A program made the translations under genes and the position numbers. The notes under the pieces are model-generated. The model was not told the origin of the DNA. It saw only the letters and a program-made list of their open reading frames with translations, and made no database searches. From Octopus vulgaris (lineage: Eukaryota), in assembly GCA_951406725.2 (NCBI GenBank), contig OX597836.1:11036001-11100000 (forward strand): 64,000 nucleotides of DNA. Reading direction: 5' to 3'. Below, one piece after another: positions 55,175 to 64,000 of this stretch (position 1 is its first letter; the number at the start of each line of letters is the position of its first letter).

Positions 55175-55878
55175 TTGCTTTTTTTTTGTCGCCGCAATCG
55201 TTTGACGATCACCGGCGTATGTTTGTTTACGCCACCGTAACTTAGCACTTCCACAAGAGTGAACCAGACTTTAAAAAAAAGTACCAGACTTTTTTAAAAA
55301 CCACATACGTACAGCGGTCGATTTCTTCGGCTAACACCGAAAAGGTGATGCCACAGCTTGACTATAGCCCAAAGACTGAAACATGTAAAAGATTAGACTT
55401 AAAATACGTAGAATAGCCGTGAGAGCGTATCAGAAAACGTAAAGCCTGGCTTTTCAGATTTTTGTATATTATTCATGAATAAAGGGTGATTGATATACCA
55501 TTAGCTGCGCTAACTTAACTAAATTTCTAGTGCATTTGTCATATTAAATATTACATTATATAAGCCAGCTGTCACCGGATTACTTTCAGCCATTTATTAA
55601 AAAAAAAAAGATGAATTGCGTAAATATTAAATGTGTTCTGTATTTTTCGTTCTTAGCGATATAATTATTGATTTCTAAAATTATTGATTGCTAAAGCTGG
55701 CAAAGATGCAGGCATGGCTGTACGGTGCAGAAGTTCGTTTTGCAAAAAACCACGTAGTTTTGGTCTCGGGTTCGGTCCCACAATGCGGCACCTATTATAG
55801 CCGCGAATCGACCGATGCCTTGTGAGTGAATTTGGCTAGCGGAAACTGTGTAGAAGCCCGTTGCAAATATATATGTAC

Positions 55879-55939
<61 letters not shown>

Positions 55940-56482
55940 GTACATATAAAAAAAAAAAAACTGGGACAAGAATGCAAGACATTTAGAAGACGATACAAAA
56001 AACACGAACGGGACATTCGAAGCCTTCAATCTTCAGTCAAGAACCGGATCATCCTCGCAATTTCGGCTGATTAATCTTGAGATTACTCCTGGCCAGCCCC
56101 AAATGAAAATCTAAGCCAATATATATATATATATATATATATATGCACGTATATCTTTATATGTGTGTGTATGTGTGTAGGTGGGTGGGTGTCGTTATCT
56201 GTGTTTGTCGCCTCTCCCACCACCTACATCACAACCGGTGTTGGTTTGTTTATGTCATCGCAATTGAGCGTATAACGATGTCGTTTTGTTTGTGTCTGTC
56301 TTCGTCACTGCTTGACAACTAGCGTTGCTTTTTTTCCTCTTACGTCACCGTAACTTAGTGGTCCGGTAAAAGGAAACGATGAAGTAAATACCAAACTTGA
56401 AAAATAAGTATCGGGGTCAAGTTTTCAAGTAAATCACTTCAAGGCGGTGCTTCAGCGTGGCCACAGCCCAAAAGCTTAAACC

Positions 56483-56560
<78 letters not shown>

Positions 56561-56618
56561 CCTACAAATATATATAAAATCAAAATAAGCAACAAGGATA
56601 TCCAAATGTAGTATGATC

Positions 56619-56672
<54 letters not shown>

Positions 56673-56678
<6 letters not shown>

Positions 56679-56872
56679 TTTATAGAAGGAGCTTCTACAG
56701 GACTAGAACTGTTTCATTCAGATGAAATCTTCAGGAAGCTTCCTGATGATTTCTTTTGAATGAAACAGTTCTAGTCCTGTAGAAGCTCCTTCTATAAAAT
56801 AAATTAATTTACTCTGCTATGTATTGAGTACCTTATTTACTGTGGTTAGCCCCGACTCAACCCGGGACCTAC
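56673..56872 (+). mobile_element. Palindromic hammerhead-bearing element in (TA)n, copy 2
   Basis: Palindrome 56673-56804 centred on GGAAGCTTCC with 3 mismatches, then the same unique flank as copy 1 in inverted orientation. Confidence 0.8.
56737..56787 (+). ncRNA. Type I hammerhead ribozyme motif
   Basis: AGCTTC-CTGATGA-T-TTC-TTTT-GAA-T-GAAA-CAG-TTCTAGTC-CTG-TA-GAAGCT. Confidence 0.75.
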
Positions 56873-57114
56873 ACATATATATATATATATATATATGCAA
56901 ACATACATAAATTTATATATACATACATTATATGTATATATATATATACTATATATATGTGTGTATGTTTGTGTGCGTTGTTTCTGTTTGTCTGTCTGTC
57001 TATCTATGTATGATATTGCTATTGTCATTTAGCGTTAGGTCAAATTTATCTATACGTAAGGGTAAAATGGAAAATGTTGAAAATGCTTTTCATACGACCA
57101 CATCTCATTAATAG

Positions 57115-57130
57115 ACCACCACCACCACCA

Positions 57131-57223
<93 letters not shown>

Positions 57224-57320
57224 GCTGCTGCTGCTTCTACTACTATTAGTACTCCTAGTAGAAATATTGCTACAACAACTATTACTACTCTTATTACTAA
57301 TATTGCTGCTGCTGCTGCTG

Positions 57321-57374
<54 letters not shown>

Positions 57375-57464
57375 GTACCGCTACTTCTACTACTATTAGT
57401 ACTCCTGCTTGTACAAATATTGCTGCTACTACTATTACTACCTTTATTACTACTACTGCTGCTG

Positions 57465-57512
<48 letters not shown>

Positions 57513-57656
57513 ATACTACTACTACTACTACCGCTACTGCCGCTGCTTCTACTACTATTAGTACTCCTGCTTGTACAAATATTGCTGCTACTACTTTTAC
57601 TACCTTTATTACTACTATTGCTACTACTACTTTTACTACCTTTATTACTACTATTG

Positions 57657-57711
<55 letters not shown>

Positions 57712-57745
57712 AAGTGCCGCTGCAGTTGCCGTTGCTGCTGCTGAG
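57115..57745. repeat. (CTA/CTG)n cryptic triplet repeat with three internally duplicated modules
   Basis: CTTCTACTACTATTAGTACTCCT...AAATATTGCT recurs at ~57234, ~57384, ~57546. Confidence 0.9.
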
Positions 57746-58313
57746 TCTAGATAAGTAACGACCACATGACTAGCATTTTGGTAACTGACCTGAATATATT
57801 ATGAGCCGACACTCATATCTAATGCACTTTAAACTCTATTATACTTAACGTTCAATTAAAGTCAGAAAATAAATCAATTTTTTTTTATTATTTCTATCTA
57901 TTTTCAGAAAGGTCGCGACCCTTCAAGGGTTTACAGATTTACGGTAGAAACGTGAGACAGACGGCAATCACCTTCAGAATTTCAAGTAACGGGTCAATAG
58001 ATAACTACATTATGTTTAAAACGATGGAATCAAAACGTATCGAAGAAGTGCTCTCTGTTAAAGTATCATAAGGTCAGTAATGTAAGATATGGCTTTGAGA
58101 GTTCCTGATTACAAAGAAATAGGTAAGAAGATGTGTTTAAAATACGATTCAAAATGGCGGTTAGTTTCAAAATTTTTCTGGGAGATTGGGATGGGTGAGG
58201 GACTGAGATAAGAAGCAGAAACACAGGAGTAAATGTGTTGTGGTGCCGAACATCGTTGGTGTTTGTTCATAGATCTACAGATATGTGTTTGTATGTATCT
58301 GTTTGTTTGTGAG

Positions 58314-58356
<43 letters not shown>

Positions 58357-58386
58357 ACGTGTGTGTGTATGTGTGTGTGTGTGTGT

Positions 58387-58439
<53 letters not shown>

Positions 58440-58447
<8 letters not shown>

Positions 58448-58880
58448 TTCTCATCCCGTCACCGCTTGAAAACTGATGTTAGTGTGTTTACGTCCCCGTA
58501 AATGAGCGGTTCGGTAAAAGAGTCCAACAAAATAAGTGTTAGGCTTACAAAAAAATAGGTCCTGGGGTCGATTTCTCCGACTAAATAGCCCTTAAAGGCG
58601 GTGCTCCAGCGTAGCCGCAGTCAACTGACTGAAACAAATAAAAGAATAGAGGAATAGGTACCCCGGCCATTTAAATGAAATAGTTCGTGATTTCGGTACA
58701 AGACCAGCGATGTAAAGCTGAGCGGATAAGTGGACACCACTGATTCGTCCTCACCAACACCTAGTTTCCCAACCACATGGTTCCAAGTTCAGTCTCACTT
58801 AATGAAACCTTGGGCAAGTGTCTTCGACCAAAGCCTTCTGAGTGGATTAGGTAGATGGAAACTTAATGAATCCCGACATA
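58440..58880 (+). mobile_element. SINE A 3' half (58440-58650) and diverged SINE A head (58765-58880)
   Basis: GTGTTTACGTCCCCGTAA..GGCGGTGCTCCAGC..GACTGAAAC; CCAACCACATGGTTCC..CTTGGGCAAGTGTCTTC. Confidence 0.8.
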
Positions 58881-58886
58881 TATAAA

Positions 58887-58967
58887 CGGTAATCCCTTGC
58901 CATATCGAGGTTCACCCATTGAGGTTTATTATTTAAGTTTACGTCGATTGTAAAATATATACAAATA

Positions 58968-59004
<37 letters not shown>

Positions 59005-59051
59005 ATATGTATGTATGTGTGTATGCATGCATGTATGTATGTATGTATGTA

Positions 59052-59095
<44 letters not shown>

Positions 59096-59173
59096 GTACT
59101 GTTTCTCTTTGCGGATTTTCACTTATCGCTGATGCGGGAGGGGAACGTACACCCGCGATAGCCGAGTAATTGT
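58887..59173. mobile_element. Tigger/pogo-like MITE split by an internal microsatellite expansion
   Basis: Left CGGTAATCCCTTGCCATATCGAGGTTCACC; right GCGGATTTTCACTTATCGC..GGAACGTACACCCGCGATAGCCGAG. Confidence 0.6.
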
Positions 59174-59981
59174 ATTAGTAGCAGTAGTAGTAGCAGCAGC
59201 AGTAATTTTTGTAGTAGTAGTAGTGGTATCAGCAGTAGTAGTAGTAGTAGTAGTAGTAGTTTTTACAAGTTAGTTTGAAAAACAATCGCCGGGGCTCTGT
59301 GATCAGCGCTTTAATGCAAAAAAAGACGGAAATAAAATCGCAGAAACAAATTGCTAATTGGTTATTTTGTTAGCGGGTACCAAAATTATATCCGTGATAC
59401 TAGTTAACTTGGCTAAGGTTGGTCTGTGCCGTTTATGAATAAGTCTTAATTACGCTAAAATTATAAGAAGACTTACTAAAAAATAGATGAAAAAAATAAC
59501 AAACAATAATAATAATTGCAAGCGAAACGAAGCGTATAAGATCGGCGATTAAGACGATGCATTTAAAATGGAATAAAAAAAAAATGAGAGAGCGAGAACA
59601 AGAACGAGAGAGAATAATGGACAATTAATACTTTACTTTAATTTAAAAGAAAACTTGTCTGACTAATAAGTTGCAATAATCTTGAAAGAAAAAGGAAAAA
59701 AAAATCAAATAGAGAAGAATATATCAATAATTTCTTTGGCGAGTGATCTTAAAGAATCTGCCCAGAATCAGTCGCAGAATTTGCTCATGCTAAGAGCATT
59801 TGGTACTCAAGTCAATTAAAATAGAGTGTTTTATACAATTTGCATACTTGTTCGACTATAACCAACTAGATAGAATTTTGGCAAATCATTTGAAATTCCA
59901 GTAGTTCGTATTCTATATATACTGACGCTGTTTAGACATGACAGCGAGTTATAAGAGAAAACATGTGGAAACCCTCAAGAG

Positions 59982-60139
59982 CAGTGGTTCCCAACCGGGG
60001 TCCGTATACAAGATAATGTGTGGAATTTTGAAAGAAGTATCAATAAAACTAGTTTTTAAACATCGAGGGGCTCTGGGGGTCCATCAGAAAAAAATATTAC
60101 CAAAAGGGTCTATAGATAAGAAATGGTTCAGAACCACCG
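59982..60139. mobile_element. hAT/Charlie-like MITE
   Basis: TIRs CAGTGGTTCCCAACC / GGTTCAGAACCACCG; imperfect 8-bp TSD CTCAAGAG / AGCAAGAG. Confidence 0.8.
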
Positions 60140-60159
60140 AGCAAGAGTAACAACCCTAC

Positions 60160-60988
60160 TTCACTTTAAAGAAACTGGGTTAGTCCGCGCTAAACAAACT
60201 ACATGACACCGCATTATACAAACAGGATTACTACACATTAAACAAACCGTGTTACTCTGCTTTAAACAAACCGTGTTACACTTGTCTCTAATAGAACTAT
60301 TAATCTGCATTAACCAACATATAGTTATTTTCCTTTAAACAAAATTTGTTACTTTGCACTATTGAAATTGTATTACTCCGCATTAACTAAACTATATTAC
60401 TACACATTAAATAAACTATAATACACTACTTTGAATAATCTGTGTTACCCCCTTTAAAGAAGCTATGTTATTCGGCACTTATCAAACTGCATTACTCCGC
60501 ATTAATCAAATTAAAATGCTACACATTAAAGAAATTGTGATACTCCGTTTATAAGCACATCATGTTCCGCACAAATCAAACTGTATTACTACGCATTAAC
60601 CAAAGTACCATGCTACATACTACAGGAATTGTGGTGCTCCGTTTATATTCTATTTATAAACGCATTATCTTATTCCGCACTAATCAAACTCTATTACTCC
60701 GCATTAACCAAATTACTATGCTGCACGTTAAAGAAACTGTGATACTCCGTTTATAAACACATTATGTTATTCCGCACTAATCAAAATCTATTACTCCGCA
60801 TTAACAAAATTATCATGCTACACAGTAAAGGAACTGTGAACCTCCGTTGAAAACACATAATTATTCCGCACTAATCAAACCGTATTACTCGATATTAACC
60901 CAACTGTGGTACTACACATTCAGCAAACAGTGTTATTCCGTTTTAACCAAACTGTGTTTCTATGCATTAACTAAACTGTGTTACTAGA
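60160..60988. repeat. Degenerate 24-bp tandem repeat with 96-bp higher-order units
   Basis: Monomer ~GTTACTCCGCATTAACCAAACTGT; TTATTCCGCACTAATCAAA recurs about every 96 bp between 60468 and 60880. Confidence 0.85.
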
Positions 60989-61636
60989 TCACGGAGACTT
61001 TCTCCGTAAAACTGTAGACACTTGACAAGTAGTTCTGGAGTTGTAGAAAAAAGACTTCACTTACTACCAACGATTAAACCATTAAAAGATTAAGTCTAAT
61101 ACACTAACGGATGAAAGCCACACCTAAATTAATGTCTGCTGGCTTTCAAAGATGGAGATGGAGATATTGATTAAAGATTTCTGCTGCAATTCTTAAAAGA
61201 AAATCGAGTTCAGGTGATTTTAGCTCTTGTTATATAAATATTTCTTATATATAAAGAATTGAAGTCTATCATTTAGATATTTAGAAGACAGGTAATATAA
61301 ACATGCATATACACACACAGGCATTAACTGGTTGGGACATTGACCGACATTTTACATGATGCAGTATATGCGGGCATAATTATGTTAATTAAAAAATTAA
61401 AAAGCCAAGATAGACAACGAAAAACATCGTACGTTAAACTATAGAGGCCAATAGTTTTCTATCTATCGGTATATCGGCTTTGAATCATACATACATACAT
61501 GATTATAAGCATACATACATACATACATACATACATACATACACAAACATACACCTATATACCTACATACATACACATATGTATCTGCATCTATATATGG
61601 ATGCCGTGTATATGTTTATGTATATATATATATATT

Positions 61637-61680
<44 letters not shown>

Positions 61681-61818
61681 GATATATAGACATATATACC
61701 AAGGTACCACGCAGTGGGACCGAATCCTGAACAGTGTGGTTCGTAAGCAAGCTACTTATCACAAAGCCACATCAATACATATAATGTATATGTATTGATG
61801 CATATATATATATATCTA

Positions 61819-61901
<83 letters not shown>

Positions 61902-62250
61902 TTATCTATCTATCTATCTGTTTATCTATATATATATATCTATATATGTATTATTGTTTATCCTTCACTTGTTTCAGTACTTAGGCTTTCTCTTCAAGGG
62001 GTAGTACTGCCATCGCAGTCATCTATACGGCACAGAGACCTGGTTAGGCTCCAGCCTTAGACGTTTTTAAGCCCGTGACCAACGTAAGTTTAATTAACAT
62101 TTTTTAATGTAATCCAAAACCTTCTCTTTAATATTCAGTCATATACGTATCAATAGAATAACTTCCATGGATGTATCTATTGTTCGATTACCTCCCTTGC
62201 ATGTTATCATATCATCGGCATTTCATCTGATGGTCATTTTGTTTGGCAGC

Positions 62251-62266
62251 TGGCGCCCTCTGTCGG
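62251..62266 (-). promoter_or_regulatory. CTCF-like motif
   Basis: rc CCGACAGAGGGCGCCA closely matches the CTCF core consensus and lies in non-repetitive, very AT-rich DNA. Confidence 0.4.
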
Positions 62267-63795
62267 ACGATTTGGCAGTTGAAGCTATTGATAAGACATG
62301 TTTCTTTGACTTTCCGTTTTGTTTGATTCCAATATATTCGTTTGATTATTTATTGATAACACCTGTGCCGGTCAATTCCATTGACAAAATTCCTCCATGA
62401 CTAAAGATGGTCTTGTGTGCCCAATGAAAAGAAATCAATATTATTATATTTCTTTTATTCCAAAGAAGAACAAAATTCCATTGTAACAGAAAACACAGGA
62501 TAAATCCGCCATTTTGCATTGGTTTTTGCCTATTTCCAGGCAGCCAAATTTATACTCGCAGCCATCATTTGCATAAATATATATATATATATATTATTCA
62601 ATGTAAATTATCGCTCCCTTTAAGCAGACTACAAAAACCAAATTACCATACACTTTGGTTCAGTAGATAATATGAAATGAAAAAAAAAAGAAAAGATGGA
62701 AGACGAAAGAGAAAAGGAAACGAAAAATTTTCATATGAATTTTATAGTAAGAAAAGCGAGTATTCTGTAATTCGTGAATATTATAGCACATCTAAAGTTC
62801 AACATCTGTACAATATTTCCCATTGGTTGCACTTATTTTAGCAACGATTTGACGGCATCAAGAAATGCGAGAAATTATTGATCTGCATATAATTCATATG
62901 AATTGCGCTTTTCTTAGTGTCATTCCATGTTAGATTGAAATGGTAATATCAATATCCGATAATAAATGGCATAATACCATTTTTGTTTGCTTTTCTTTCT
63001 TTTTACTTTCAGTGTGTGTGTGGGGGGGTAGCTCTTCTCTTTAACACTCGCTTAGAAATAGTACACTCTATATGCTTTATCTACAATATACATCCATTAT
63101 AGTACGAATAATGCTACAAGGCATTATACACTCACACACACACGTGTGTGTGTGAGTGTGTGTGTGTAGATGGATGTATATATATATATATTTGTTATTA
63201 TTATATTTTCAAGCCTTCAAGCTACAATATTTCGTTGGATTTGTATTAGCTTAGATTTGCATCAACAACTTGGGAACTTTTCGGAGCTGTTCAATATATT
63301 TTCTTATTTTTCTGTTTGTCTACCAAATCAATAAGTGCCGTTTGATAACGATATTGTGTTACGGTGTAGCGATTCTAAGGAACTGAATTTCGTTGATTCG
63401 CTAAAGGATGTTCAATAACTACCGAAGCAATGCTAGAGCAGTAGAAAATAAAAAAAGAAAAAAGAAAAAAGAAAAAAAGGTAAAAGAAAATAAAGATAAA
63501 CCTTTAGCAGAATATCAACTGGTTTCTTGCGGTTCTTATTAGCGCATTGAGCCTTCAGGTTACGTTCGACCTCAGAAATTCCGGTCAAATAAATCCTTGG
63601 GTTCTGAATACAATGAAATTAATTTAGTATTGTCTCTAGGAGCATGCAGTAGGAGTTAGTAAATAACCTCGGCAAAGATAGTCCATATTCAATGCGTCGG
63701 TTCATTTATCTTCTTCGCTATCTCCCCTCTCAATCTCTATGTATGTATGTAATATACAGATATATATACATGCATACATGCATGCATACATACAT

Positions 63796-63869
<74 letters not shown>

Positions 63870-63894
63870 TTATATATATTTGTATGCATATATG

Positions 63895-63926
<32 letters not shown>

Positions 63927-63964
63927 CATATATGTATATGTGTATATATATATATATATATTTA

Positions 63965-64000
<36 letters not shown>

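Noticed and set aside
57046-57765. Thr/Ala-rich mucin- or antifreeze-like ORF (226 aa)
   Set aside because: Cryptic (CTA/CTG)n repeat open in multiple frames on both strands, with no convincing signal peptide or splice context; cannot be supported as coding.

Overview
This is a eukaryotic, very AT-rich, microsatellite-saturated window that is almost entirely intronic or intergenic. The SINE families and repeat landscape suggest a coleoid cephalopod (Octopus-like), which is an inference from recognised sequence rather than a database result. No intact protein-coding gene is visible, and almost all ORFs in the track are translations of simple repeats. Recognisable coding remnants are all mobile elements: a 5'-truncated R4/Dong-type non-LTR retrotransposon (CCHC + PD-(D/E)xK endonuclease) inserted in (TAA)n, a Helitron remnant (PIF1 C-terminus, 3' hairpin + CTAG), an internally deleted mariner, an internally deleted rosa-like Tc1/mariner, and degenerate Penelope-like pieces. 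There are at least four tRNA-derived SINE families, several MITEs, a 2.7-kb minisatellite, a 24/96-bp hierarchical repeat and a ~374-bp tandem duplication. The most striking signal is a ~200-bp element present twice, each copy embedded in (TA)n. It contains a spacer-less ~130-bp palindrome that encodes a type I hammerhead ribozyme on both strands, and further minimal hammerhead-like motifs occur in other short repeats. Weaker candidates for host-gene parts are a spliced exon at 38532-38717 (-), a putative ETS-type promoter/first exon at ~44657-44752 (+) and a CTCF-like site at ~62251.
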